Positions 40,862-51,759 of a stretch of DNA of 64,000 bases are shown here, piece after piece. The stretch is from Azolla caroliniana (taxonomy: Eukaryota; Plantae; Polypodiophyta). A model generated the notes under the pieces. It was not told the origin of the DNA, did not search any database, and was given only the letters and a program-made list of their open reading frames with translations. The stretch's first letter is position 1; the number at the start of each line of letters is the position of its first letter. The position numbers and the translations under genes are program-made. The stretch lies in NCBI GenBank assembly GCA_043228905.1, contig JBHGNT010000004.1, positions 24,862,001 through 24,926,000 on the forward strand. The letters are read 5' to 3'.

Positions 40862-41288
40862 GTGGCGTTTCCCTCGAGCCGCCTTTTCCTGTTTTTCGCG
40901 CGTACGTATCTTCTGCCATAATTAGCATCTCACTTTTTAATTTCGGCGGCTGCACGTGTTCTGCCTTGAATAGCATGTCCTATTTTTGGCGCCTCCGCAT
41001 GCTCTGTCATGAATAGCATGTCCTATTTTTGGCGCCTGCGCATGCTGTCTGTCCTTTGCTGCCGCGTGTCATGCTTGCGCTTCTTTGCCGCGTGTGTCGA
41101 ATCTCCTACGTGTCTGTCATTATGACTCCTTGATTGCCGCACGTATTAAGTCCTGTACCTCGGCCCCCCACGTTCTGTGCTTTAAATAGCTCGTGCATCC
41201 GTGTGACGGTTGTAACTACCTCCTTCATCATTACCATGATTTTCTTGATCTTCTTGTCTTGAATTTTCTTGACCGTAGCACCACGTCA

Positions 41289-41290
<2 letters not shown>

Positions 41291-41326
<36 letters not shown>
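41291..41326 (-). repeat. A36 homopolymer just after the pol stop codon
   Basis: 36 consecutive T on the plus strand. Confidence 0.95.
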
Positions 41327-41331
<5 letters not shown>

Positions 41332-41339
41332 ATGCCGCA

Positions 41340-44300
41340 TCATTGTTCGGTTCCCCCCGATGTGTTCGGGTCGGTGCGCACTGTTGTCGGTTCCTCGTCG
41401 TTGTTACGCGTCGGTGTCGGTTCCTCGCCATTCGGGTTTTCCGGGTCTTGCTTGAAGGGGTTAGCTGGCATGTGCCCCTTATACGGTTTTAGGCGAAAAC
41501 CATTTGCCCATTTGCCCACAACTTCTCCTGACAACGTCCCGAGCTGGTAAGACCCATTGTACTCCTTTGTGATCCAGAATGGTCCGGTCCACCGAAATCG
41601 CAATTTCCCTGGCATGCTCCCCATCCTTGTCTGGAACAGTAATACAGGTTTCCCGACCCCGAATTCCTTTTCGTTACCGCGCCGGTGTCGGTCTACAAAG
41701 GCTTTCCTCCTCCTTTGCTCTAGTTCTAGCTGTAGCAGACTGGCTATTCGATTTTCTTCCAGTTCTAACAGCATCTTCAGCCGGATTCGTTCCGATTCCT
41801 TCTCGCTTAACCGCTCCTTAACCTGTATTCTTAAGCTAGGAATTTGGAATTCTACTGGCATGACTGCTTCCAAGCCGAATGCCAGTCGGAACGGGGTCGT
41901 CCGGATGCTGGTCTTGTACGCCGTTCGGTACGCCCACAGCACGCTCTGCAACTTCGTGTCCCAGTCGGTCCGGTTCTCATTGACGATTTTTCTAAGGATG
42001 TTCTGTAGCGTTTTGTTTGTTGATTCCGCTAATCCGTTGGCTTGAGGGTAGTAGGGAGTGCTTCGTTTGTGTACTACCGCATAGAATGACGTCAAACTTT
42101 CCACCACCTGCCCGAGGAAATGTCCTCCCTGGTCACTGATCAGCTCAATCGGGCATCCGTACCGACACCATATGCATTCATATAAAAATTTGGCCGTGGA
42201 CGCCGCCGTGTTGTCCCGTAGTGCCTTTGCTTCTACCCATTTGGTGCAGTAGTCGGTAGCCACTATTATATACCGATTTCCGGTCCGCATTGCCGGTGGC
42301 TTAAAGGGACCGACAAAGTCCAAGCCCCACTTTTGGAATGGTTCTAATGGCAAGACCGGGTGATGTGGCATCCGGGCCTGCTCCGTGGGTTGGCCCAGTC
42401 GTTGACACAGGTCGCATTCCCTGCTATACTTAACGGCATCTCTCATGGTAGTCGGCCACCATAGTCCGCTCTGCCATATCTTTCGGGCTGTTGTTTCGCC
42501 GGCATAATGCCCGCCTGCAATTCCACAGTGGGCTTCCCTCAAGATCAGATCCTTTTCATCGCTCCGCACTGCTCGCCTCCATACGCCATCTGCCCCCTTG
42601 TGATAGAGGGTGTCTCCTACCAAGCAGAAATGTCTGCTCCGTACTGCCATCCTCTTCCGTTCGTCTCGGTCCAAGTTTTCCGGGGGAACTCCGGTGCTCA
42701 GGAACTGATGCATTTCGGTTAACCATTTGTCTTCGTCCGCTACTGTGGTCTCCGTTGCCGGTGCCGTCGTGACCTTAAACAGCTCGGCGTCGGGAAATTC
42801 ATCCTGTACGCCGTCCCCTGATTCTCCGGATTCTAGTCTGCTCAGGTAGTCTGCTACCGCATGCTGCACCCCGGGTCGGTGGAAAATGTCGAATTCGAAT
42901 TCCTGTAATAGCAGCGTCCACCGTGCGAGTTTTCCTGTCAGGGCTGCCTTTGAGACCAAGTAGAGTAGTGCCGAGTGGTCAACGTGGAAGGAGAACTTTC
43001 GTCCGAGCAGATAGTGCCTGTACTTTGTGACGCTGTACACCATTCCTAATGCCTCTCGTTCCGTTGTAGAGTAGTTCCGTTCGGCTTTCGAGAGTTTCCT
43101 GCTTGCGTAGTACACCGGCCGATACCATTTCGGTTCCGTGAGTTGCATCAAAACACTGCCGATTGCTACGTCCGACGCGTCGACGAAGACGTGAAAGCTT
43201 TTACTCCAGTCCGGCGGCTGCACCACCGGAGCTTGTGACAGCATGACCTTCAACGCTTGGTAGGCTGCCTCCTCCATTTCTGTCCATTGGAAAGGTACTC
43301 TATGTACAGCAGCGTGCAATGGTGTCGCAAAGTCGGCAAGGTGCCGTACCATCCGACTATGCCACCTTATTTGACCAAGGAATCGGCTTAAAGCTTTTGC
43401 GCTATTCGGTGCCGGTGCGTCGAGAATTGCTTTTACCTTATCTGGATCTACCGCGATTCCTTCTCGACTCACCACGTGGCCTAACAAATTGCCGCTTGCG
43501 ACTCCAAAGACGCACTTAGCCGGGTTCAGACTTAATCGGTACTCGCGGCACTTTTCTAAGCATAGTCGTAGGTGATCGAGATGTTCTCCGTGTCGGTTGT
43601 AGACGGCGAAATCGTCTAGGAAGACCTGCATAAAACCGGGAATAAAATCACCGAAGATTTCCATAATTATCCTTTGAAATGTTGCAGGGGCTGTCTTTAA
43701 TCCGAACATCATCACGACCGCGACGAACACTCCCCATTCCGTCACGAACGCTGTTTTCTCTTGGTCGGCCGGGTTCATTCGGATTTGGTTGTAGCCGCTG
43801 AATCCATCCAGGAAGCTGTAAACTTCGTGGCCGGCCACCGCATCTAGCACTCCGTCCGTGAATGGTAGTGGAAAAGCGTCGGTCACTGTCGCGGCATTTA
43901 GTTTCCTGTAGTCTACACATACCCGGATTTTGCCGTTTTTTTTCGGGACCACCACTATCGGGCTTAGCCAGGTTGCCTGCTTGACTGGTCGGATAAATCC
44001 GACCCGGAGAAGCTTGTCAATTTCCTCCTTCACCTTTGCCGCATAGTTTGGATTCATCCGGTACCGACGTTGAGCGATGGGTTTCGCGTCAGTACTTAGA
44101 TGAATTTGGTGCTGGTAGAGCTGGGGGTCCAACCCTCGCATGTCTTCGTATGACCATGCGAACACGTCCTTGAAATCCGTTAACAGTGCTACCATTGCCT
44201 GTTTTTCCTCCTTCGGCAATTCCTTCGCGACTTTTACCGATCGGGGTTGTTCTGTTGTGCCGAGGTCCACCTCTTCCAGCTGGGATGCTTTCACCCTTTG

Positions 44301-47132
44301 GGATATCGTCATTTCTCTTTCTAGGGCTTCCTGTGCTTGGCGTAGTTCCCGGATCGCCACTTTGTCCGGCTCGTCCGGCATTGTGATGTACGGCTCTACT
44401 GCTGCCGTGATATCCACCTCAAAAAGTGGGACGATCTGTGGGTGTTCCTCGAGATACCGATCAACTTCCTCATCCGGTAAGCCCTCCAACATGTTGATGC
44501 TTTCGGCATATAAAGGGGTTGCCTCCTTGCTAGTGAGCACCCGTGGTTGCGTGGCTACCCGTACCTTTGTTTTGCCTCGTCGGAACGTGATCATATTCTT
44601 TTGCCAGTTTTGCTTAATATGCGCCGTTCGCAGCCATGGTCGTCCTAACAGTAGGGGATATGCGCCTTGTACATTCAGCTCTAGTACCACGGCCGATATT
44701 CGGAATACGTGGCCTCCTATTGTTACTTCCAAGTCCCGGATAAGACCAGTTGGTCGGACTGAGCTTGTATCCGCCATGCGTAACCAGAAGGGGCATGGTT
44801 CCCACTCCTGGATGCCTAGGTCGTCGCATGTCTGTCGACTAATGACGTTCACCCCGGAGCCTCCGTCAATAATTGTTCCTGGAATCTCCTTTCCTTTGAC
44901 GATTGTCGTGATTGCTGGGCTACTGGTATCAACCACCGCTGGGCCTTCCTCCGGGTTGGAGAAAAATGCCGGTGCTGGCGTCGGCGTCGGTTTGCTCACG
45001 GCGGCTTGTAAGTCTGCTGTGAACCGCGGCACCAACTGCAGTAACCGTGCCAACGGCAGCACGATCTGACAATCTTGTAGTGCTTGCCATGTCGGGTTTT
45101 CTCCTGGCTGTACGATTTCCTCCTCCCTCGGCATATTTTGGTTTCTTACTTCCGCCGCACCTTGTTCGTTGGCTTCTTTGATCCATTGTGCCGCTTGTTT
45201 TCTGATTGTTTCCTGGGCTTCCCATTCGGCGGCCTTCCCCTTCGACCGCGTGGTAACCTGCTGTACTTCGGCTGTCACCATGTTGACTGCCGGCTGCTTG
45301 TCGGCTGTTTTGCTTGGGCATTGATTACTGTAATGCCCTTCTTTTCGGCAGTAATAACAGTACACCCTGTGCGTGTTGCTGGATTCTCCTTTTTCCCATG
45401 TTTGGGGAAGGGGCATTCCCCGGCGGTTGTCCTCGGTTTTTCGGTTCTCCGGTGCCGCTACTGGTTTGTCATTCTTTGTTGCCTCCCGACGCTCCTCTCT
45501 ACGAAAGAATCCACGCCTTTGGTTCCGTTGGAAATTCCGGTTTCCTGGCCGCCTTTCTTCTCTTCGTCGCTCGTATTCCGGGGATTCGTCTCGGTCGTAC
45601 CGGTCCCGGGGGTGGCTATCCCTTCGGTTCTCCTCTCGGTCGTACCGGTCCCGGGGGTAGCTATCCCTTCGGTTCTCCTCTCGGTCATAGCTGTCGCGTC
45701 TTCTATCGGGGTATCTGTCGCCGCGCTCTCGTCGGTAGCGGTCGTCCCTCCGGAATCGATCCTCTTCCGGGTCCCGATTGCGCGGTTCTATGTGTCGGAC
45801 CGGTGCCGCTTGTCGAGTTAACAGGTTATACTCGCATTGGTTCGTTGTGTGGGCGCGAGAATTGCATATCATGCACTGTGCACGCAGGGTGCAGTCGACG
45901 GTCGAGTGCCCCGAATTTAGGCATGTTGTGCATTGTAGGGCTTGTCGGAACCGGAGATCCTCCTCCTTCGGAAGCGCCTGGTGTAACGCCCCCATCGGCA
46001 AGAAGGGGCTCGTGGTGTCCATTTCCAGGACCCGATCAATGACTTGGTCCATTGTGCTGGTGCTGAAATCGATGATTCCACACATCGCTCGAAGTGGGTC
46101 TTTTAACGCAGCCAAAAAGACTGCCTTGGCCTCCTCTTCGGGTGGTGCTCTTGCTAATTGACTGTGCAAGGTCTGGAAACGAACGATAAATTGTGGGACC
46201 GTCTCGTTTTCTCCCTGCCGAGTGGTGTAGAATTGTCCGACCAATTCCCTTTGTTCCACTCGTCTATGAAACAAGCGTAAAAACTGGGTTTTCAATGCCT
46301 CGAACGTGGCGAAGCTGCCTGGTAAGTGCTTGTCGTGCCACCGGGCCGCCGGTCCTTCTAATGTCATGCCGAATTCGGCGACTTTGGATCGGTCGGCCTC
46401 GGGCTCCGTCAGTCTCTGGGACACGTGGTTGGCTTCCCATGTTCGCAGGAATGCATACACATGTGCCTCTCCGTCGGGCTCATCCCGATACTTTGGGTAT
46501 GGATACGGCATCGTGTCGTCCCACTGATTCTCCTGCGCTGGTTCCTCCGATGTCGGTCTCCGCTCCTGCGGTTCCTCCGCAGGTGGTGTTGGTATCCGCT
46601 CCTGCGGTTCCTCCGCGGGTGGTGTTGATAACCGCTCCTGCGGTTCCTCCGCGGGTGGTGTTGATAACCGCTCCTGCGGTTCCTCCGCGGGTGGTGTTGG
46701 TATCCACTCCTCCCTCCTCGGCGATTGCCGGTCACCGAACTCCAGAGTTAGTTCCTCCTCTGGCTCCGATGTAGCTGAGTGATCCGACTCAAAGGGGTTG
46801 TTCTCGTGGCTGCTTTTATAGCGGGATCCCACGCTTTCCCCGCTATCCGAATCCGCCTCTAATGTTGCAAATGCCGCTGCGTCCCCGTCGCCGCCAGCGA
46901 GAGTCTGTAGTAGTGTCTCCGCTTCTTGGAGGCTGGTTATGCTACTGCCTTCGTCGGAAGCTTGTAGAACCTGGAACTGCAGTGCGTTTTCTGCGATTTG
47001 CCGAAGCGTTTTTGAGAATGATCGATCGCTCCGGATCTCGTCGACGGCTTGCTGCAGGGCTTCCCGTCGTCGCTGCCGTTCGGCGTGGCGTCTCTCTCTT
47101 TCGGTGATGTGGTCGTTATTTTGTCTAGACAT
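41340..47132 (-). CDS. Gag-Pol polyprotein (gag, 3 CCHC knuckles, protease, RT, RNase H, integrase)
   Basis: CTTCLNSGHSTVDC, CMICNSRAHTTNQC, CYYCRKEGHYSNQC; protease IIDGGSG; RT FLDGFSGYNQI..FLDD; RNase H VDAS..EREAL..DHSAL; integrase HCGIAGGH..CDLC, GLDFVGP, SDQG, NGLAE. First ATG is at 47132; the frame is open from 47216. Confidence 0.95.
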   Translation of the reverse strand: MSRQNNDHITERERRHAERQRRREALQQAVDEIRSDRSFSKTLRQIAENALQFQVLQASDEGSSITSLQEAETLLQTLAGGDGDAAAFATLEADSDSGESVGSRYKSSHENNPFESDHSATSEPEEELTLEFGDRQSPRREEWIPTPPAEEPQERLSTPPAEEPQERLSTPPAEEPQERIPTPPAEEPQERRPTSEEPAQENQWDDTMPYPYPKYRDEPDGEAHVYAFLRTWEANHVSQRLTEPEADRSKVAEFGMTLEGPAARWHDKHLPGSFATFEALKTQFLRLFHRRVEQRELVGQFYTTRQGENETVPQFIVRFQTLHSQLARAPPEEEAKAVFLAALKDPLRAMCGIIDFSTSTMDQVIDRVLEMDTTSPFLPMGALHQALPKEEDLRFRQALQCTTCLNSGHSTVDCTLRAQCMICNSRAHTTNQCEYNLLTRQAAPVRHIEPRNRDPEEDRFRRDDRYRRERGDRYPDRRRDSYDREENRRDSYPRDRYDREENRRDSHPRDRYDRDESPEYERRREERRPGNRNFQRNQRRGFFRREERREATKNDKPVAAPENRKTEDNRRGMPLPQTWEKGESSNTHRVYCYYCRKEGHYSNQCPSKTADKQPAVNMVTAEVQQVTTRSKGKAAEWEAQETIRKQAAQWIKEANEQGAAEVRNQNMPREEEIVQPGENPTWQALQDCQIVLPLARLLQLVPRFTADLQAAVSKPTPTPAPAFFSNPEEGPAVVDTSSPAITTIVKGKEIPGTIIDGGSGVNVISRQTCDDLGIQEWEPCPFWLRMADTSSVRPTGLIRDLEVTIGGHVFRISAVVLELNVQGAYPLLLGRPWLRTAHIKQNWQKNMITFRRGKTKVRVATQPRVLTSKEATPLYAESINMLEGLPDEEVDRYLEEHPQIVPLFEVDITAAVEPYITMPDEPDKVAIRELRQAQEALEREMTISQRVKASQLEEVDLGTTEQPRSVKVAKELPKEEKQAMVALLTDFKDVFAWSYEDMRGLDPQLYQHQIHLSTDAKPIAQRRYRMNPNYAAKVKEEIDKLLRVGFIRPVKQATWLSPIVVVPKKNGKIRVCVDYRKLNAATVTDAFPLPFTDGVLDAVAGHEVYSFLDGFSGYNQIRMNPADQEKTAFVTEWGVFVAVVMMFGLKTAPATFQRIIMEIFGDFIPGFMQVFLDDFAVYNRHGEHLDHLRLCLEKCREYRLSLNPAKCVFGVASGNLLGHVVSREGIAVDPDKVKAILDAPAPNSAKALSRFLGQIRWHSRMVRHLADFATPLHAAVHRVPFQWTEMEEAAYQALKVMLSQAPVVQPPDWSKSFHVFVDASDVAIGSVLMQLTEPKWYRPVYYASRKLSKAERNYSTTEREALGMVYSVTKYRHYLLGRKFSFHVDHSALLYLVSKAALTGKLARWTLLLQEFEFDIFHRPGVQHAVADYLSRLESGESGDGVQDEFPDAELFKVTTAPATETTVADEDKWLTEMHQFLSTGVPPENLDRDERKRMAVRSRHFCLVGDTLYHKGADGVWRRAVRSDEKDLILREAHCGIAGGHYAGETTARKIWQSGLWWPTTMRDAVKYSRECDLCQRLGQPTEQARMPHHPVLPLEPFQKWGLDFVGPFKPPAMRTGNRYIIVATDYCTKWVEAKALRDNTAASTAKFLYECIWCRYGCPIELISDQGGHFLGQVVESLTSFYAVVHKRSTPYYPQANGLAESTNKTLQNILRKIVNENRTDWDTKLQSVLWAYRTAYKTSIRTTPFRLAFGLEAVMPVEFQIPSLRIQVKERLSEKESERIRLKMLLELEENRIASLLQLELEQRRRKAFVDRHRRGNEKEFGVGKPVLLFQTRMGSMPGKLRFRWTGPFWITKEYNGSYQLGTLSGEVVGKWANGFRLKPYKGHMPANPFKQDPENPNGEEPTPTRNNDEEPTTVRTDPNTSGGTEQ

Positions 47133-47168
47133 CCATCCCCCGGTTGTCCTCTGCACTCTGCAGGAATC

Positions 47169-47178
47169 GTGGTCGCCA
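47169..47178 (-). promoter_or_regulatory. Primer-binding site TGGCGACCAC (probably tRNA-Arg)
   Basis: Lies 6 nt downstream of the 5' LTR. It is complementary to the ...GUGGUCGCCA 3' end I recall for plant tRNA-Arg(UCG). Confidence 0.65.
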
Positions 47179-47184
47179 AAATAG

Positions 47185-47555
47185 TGTTGTATGTATGGCT
47201 GGACTAGCCGCAACACAGGTGTCTATCCGACACTTCTCCAAAGGGGTGGTAGGGATAGGATGTTAATACACGCGTATGATAATTACACTTAAGCACAGAC
47301 GAAGACAAGATTAATCAGCATAAGCAAAACTATATTAATTCTTCGCGCTTTCATTACAAAACATCGGATCCTTTTATAGGCATCCGGCCAGATTACAATC
47401 GGTGCTCGGTAGGCAACCGTTAACCGAAACCGAATCGGTTCGGATCCGGATCGGTTACAACTACCGGATCCGTCCCTCCTAATAATTCTATTCCTATTTC
47501 TATATTTATCCGATCCGACCTTGCTTTCCCATTTGCCTTCTCTGACCGGCCAACA
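47185..47555 (-). repeat. 5' LTR
   Basis: Direct repeat of 37397-37767, followed on the minus strand by the PBS. Confidence 0.95.
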
Positions 47556-47827
47556 AGTAACCTTGTCACGTAAACCGGATGCTACTATCTTCAATTGGAA
47601 TAGTGATTGTCACATCAAACAACAAACCTAATAGCAATTGCAATTGATTTTGGATCCTCCATTAAGAGGCCCTTGATATCACCTCGTAATCCATGCATGA
47701 AGTAATCTCCTAAAGTTGCATCATCCATTAGGTTGTCCACGGCTACTCAGCCGAATTGTAAGACATGTTGGATGAGAGCCTTGTTTCATATTGTTGAGTC
47801 TAGACATGACAATTAGTTGCCTATCAA

Positions 47828-48678
47828 TTAGTGCATTTGAGAACCTATTGGAAATGGATATGGTCATTCAAGGGGCCAACTAAATTTATTCTCTTTCCGA
47901 TGGTTATTAGTGCATATGGCTCTACCAGTTGGTCATACATTGAAAGGGAATGTGACACCCAATTTGCAGCAATGTGCCATTTGCCATGAACCTCAAGAGA
48001 CTACCAAGCATGTCTTATGATCTTGTTCTTTTGCTCAACAAGTATGGAAGAAAGTCGTGTCTTTATTCCTAACAATAAATGTAGGTTGCTTATTCTCATG
48101 GGGATCAACGATGTGGGGAGTGTTACACTCCGGTTTAATGTTGTATGAGGCAAACGATGTTCATGAGGCAATGACAATACATAATGGAAGATTGATATTA
48201 GTTAGTCCTTTCCAGCAACCTCGAAAGCAGGTGCGATCCGTCCAAATTTGGAAAACTATGTCCACAATAACATTATGGGTATTATGGATATCGATGTAAA
48301 CAACTTTATGATGGGGTAGACATTCATGTCTCAGATGTGTTTTTTGAGTTATGGGAGAACTTGTTGGCTGTAGTCCGTGGTCAGTATGACAATATGCAGG
48401 GTTCCCCAGATACTATGATCAAGAAAAGGAAAAAGCTTCTTCACTTATGGAAAAAGGTGCCCCTGTTTACAATGGTAGCTCAAGAGCCTCAATGGCAATA
48501 TCGACTTCCATGGACTCTTTGAATATCACAAATGTAAACATCCTCGTATTTTATATCAGTGTATAAAGAAAGTTGTAACCTTCTTGGTTGCTAGGTTCAA
48601 GTTGTAGCCTTCGGGCATTTTGTTCTTAATACTATTGAAGAAAATCTTATATAAAAAATAAAAAATAAAAAAATAAAA
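47828..48678 (+). mobile_element. 5'-truncated L1-type LINE with A-rich tail
   Basis: Degenerate zf-RVT (ALPVG..CAMCH..ETTKHV..CSFAQQVW), A-rich tail 48651-48678, and 14-bp TSD TAGTTGCCTATCAA (47814-47827, 48679-48692). Confidence 0.85.
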
Positions 48679-48774
48679 TAGTTGCCTATCAAATCCTCCT
48701 AAGTATGAATCTTGTTAGTCAATAAAAAAGCTTCAAAATTTTGTATCTAGAGAGAATCCTTCTTCAAGGGTGGG

Positions 48775-49363
48775 TGTTACCTGGTGGGACAAGGTGTGAA
48801 AAGAGCAAAGGGAGTCAAGCACTATGTGAAATGAGAAAAGGGTACCAAGCACCACAGACGACCGAATAAAGGGAGTCGAGTATCGTAACAAGCCATGAAA
48901 AGGCTATAAAAAAACCAAATGATCAGAAGCCTAGAAGAGGGAGAGATAGTCACTAGGCCAGGAATAGAGGGGTAGAGAGTGAGTGCTTTACCAACAGTAA
49001 TTAGTACTCGTATCTGTGTGTGTATGTACTTTAATCGAATATACTTTTGGGCAACTCAAGTGTTCTTTCTTTTAAGTCTAGTACATATATATTGTCTATG
49101 TAGGAGTCGTGTTTCTAGGATCGGTTGTAGCCGATCTCGCAAAATACTTTCCCTTGTTCTGTCAGTCGTACCCCATCCAAGTGGGAAGGTCTAAACAACG
49201 GTATGTACATGTCACAAGTACAGGGAAGTCCGTATACCACGTAACGATTCAGATAACAGTTTCAGTAGGGTGTCGTGACCCCAACTCTTCTTCGCACCAC
49301 AATACCTTGATCCAATTACTCAGGAATAGTAATCGACGGTGTTTCCTCCATGAGGGAGTAACA
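48775..49363. mobile_element. Solo LTR
   Basis: TGTTAC...GTAACA inverted termini and 5-bp TSD GTGGG. Confidence 0.75.
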
Positions 49364-51759
49364 GTGGGAAAACCAATTCAATGTGGGACCCGTTAATAAG
49401 GTCCCAACTAGCCAAACTCATGCCTCCTTCATAGTGTAAGCATAAGAATGCAATGTTAAAATGACATCTACTAACATTTAAAATCCTCATGCTTTAGACA
49501 TTATATTGTTGAAAACCTCTAGTAGCTTAATGTCAAAGCCATAATTGATTGATGTTAGCATCATAAAAACTTGGGTGGTGGCATCCTCATGTAATTGCAA
49601 GGTTTCTTGTCTAAATTGAGTGATATGTTTTCTCATTGCTAGAAATGTTTTATCGATGATATTAAGTGGTATTCTTATACATTGCGAGCTCAAATTATAA
49701 AAATAATAGGTGAGAGTGAGAGAGACCCTAATTTAAACTAGGCTAACTCTTATAAGGATTGTGGTTTAAACTTCAAATTGTCATGAACTTGAGCGAAAAC
49801 TAAGGTAATTCACAAATGTGTCAAAAGTAAAAACATAAATAAGGTTTTACTCGATTATATGAAAAATGCATAAAAGGCCAAGAGATAATGTATTGTAAAA
49901 TGAGGGTTGGGATTTCAAAAAATTGAAGGTTGAACAAGGCTTAGAGTTAGGACACACACTAGACGACTTGAGATTAGTATTGAACTAGAAGGGTTCAATA
50001 AAAACAAAAGACCTCAATATATATGTCCTAACCCTTGAGAAGGTACGACATTGTGTCACTTCATTGGATGAGATTGCACCATGTGTTTGCAACTTCTAGA
50101 ATTATCCTCGATGGATATTAGCTAATGTTCATGAATTTCCTTCATCATATCATTATTTGAATCAAAACTATGATTTTGAAATTTTGGTTCTTGACTAATT
50201 AGTGCTTGAAATATTTTGTAGACATTGTGCTTGTAAGGCTACCACATGGAAGATCACAGGAATGATAAAACACTCAAAGATAGAGACAAAATATAGACAA
50301 TCAATCGAAGTTGTTGGATATTTGGTGGTATTATTCACAATAGATACACCACAATGTACAAGAATTCTCTCTTTATTACTCCCCAAAATGACCAACATCC
50401 TCCAAGCACTAAGTTGCTCTTATATATACTTGGAGTTAGGAGGGTTCACAATAAGCCAACCCAATTAGCCTTTCATACTAGTTTCTTACATACAACAAAT
50501 TGTTTATACCAACTAGTTGCCTCTAGGCTTTTAACAAATAGCATAACCCCAATGCATTCTATGCTCTAATCCCGCTTGATTGAAGTGTTGCATTTGATTA
50601 TTCATATTCTATATGCTAGTGAGAATTATGGCAAACCCACCTAGATCCACAAATAAGATGGATTTGTCTTGCTTTTTCTTTTTCTAGCCATTGGTTTCCA
50701 ATACATTAGGTTTCCTTTCACTTACCCTAGAGGCTTGTCGAAGTTGGAAAACTACTTGAGTACGAATGGAAGCACATGTTTCCACTTAGTATGGGTGGTT
50801 TGTTATGCCACATGTTGTTGTTTTCTTTTGTCACAAGGTCCAAAATGGTTGGTGATAATTTCTCTTGTGCCCATTCATTATGGTTTTTATAGTCTATATC
50901 TCTCTTTGTAGCTCATCTCTTCCTATTCAATCCACTTGTTATCGGTGTCAAAGGCCTTTATCAATCATGTATCTCTTTTCACCAACTCAAGTTTATTCTA
51001 TGAACTAGAAAATGATTGGAAGCGTGAATCAAGTACAATTTGTTCCTTGATTTTAGTGCCTTCTTCCTAACCTTTAAGATCTAATGTATGACCATGCATG
51101 ATGCTTCTTTACTAGTTTTTTATTATATGTTGGTTTCTAATATTCTTGTTTAGGATGATGAGATTCCTTTGCAGTCCAATGTCATGCCTTACATCCATCT
51201 GTTGTACAATAGGTAGTTTGTTGTGGACATGAATAGTGTGATTGTGAAGAACTTGGTGAAAAACTTAAAGAAAAACAACTACTCAAACTCAAGGACATAT
51301 GACATTAGGATCTCAATAGAGATCCTATCGACTTAAGAAACAATGAAAGGAAAAGGCTACTATGAAGGGTGATAATGATGCATTAACAACTCACATATTT
51401 TATATGTCAATATAGGTTATTAACAACCAACACCAAAGTTTCATATTTTACAATTGTGTTCATTCCATCTTTCATGGCATCAATTGAAACTTTATGTTTT
51501 GAACTCCCTTAAAAAGATGAGAACTGAATTATCAATACATGTTTCTATTAAACAATGCCCGAAGACAAAATTTTCATATGTAAGTCACTTAGTAATCAAA
51601 ACAATCGTGGAGATCATTGCTTGTCATGACCAATCCACTCTAACAAACATCAAATACCATACTCCCTCACCATTGCTAATCTTGTCCATAGTAGTTATGC
51701 ACCTTCATATTTGTAAATTGTTTGCAAGAACCATAACATTGTTTTAATTGTAAATTGGA

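Larger units (their letters stand above)
37397..47555 (-). mobile_element. Intact Ty3/gypsy LTR retrotransposon, non-chromovirus (Athila/Tat-related; no extra RNase H, no chromodomain)
   Basis: Two 371-bp TG...CA LTRs, 5-bp TSD AGTAA (37392-37396, 47556-47560), a PBS and an uninterrupted gag-pol ORF. Confidence 0.97.

Noticed and set aside
44140-46774. Long plus-strand ORFs (309, 245, 242, 193 aa) antisense to gag-pol
   Set aside because: Shadow frames of a GC-rich coding strand with no recognisable domains.
49480-51300. Possible decayed DNA-transposase sequence (similar hints at 6300-7300 and 35700-36300)
   Set aside because: Too degenerate; no diagnostic motif, TIR or TSD could be established.
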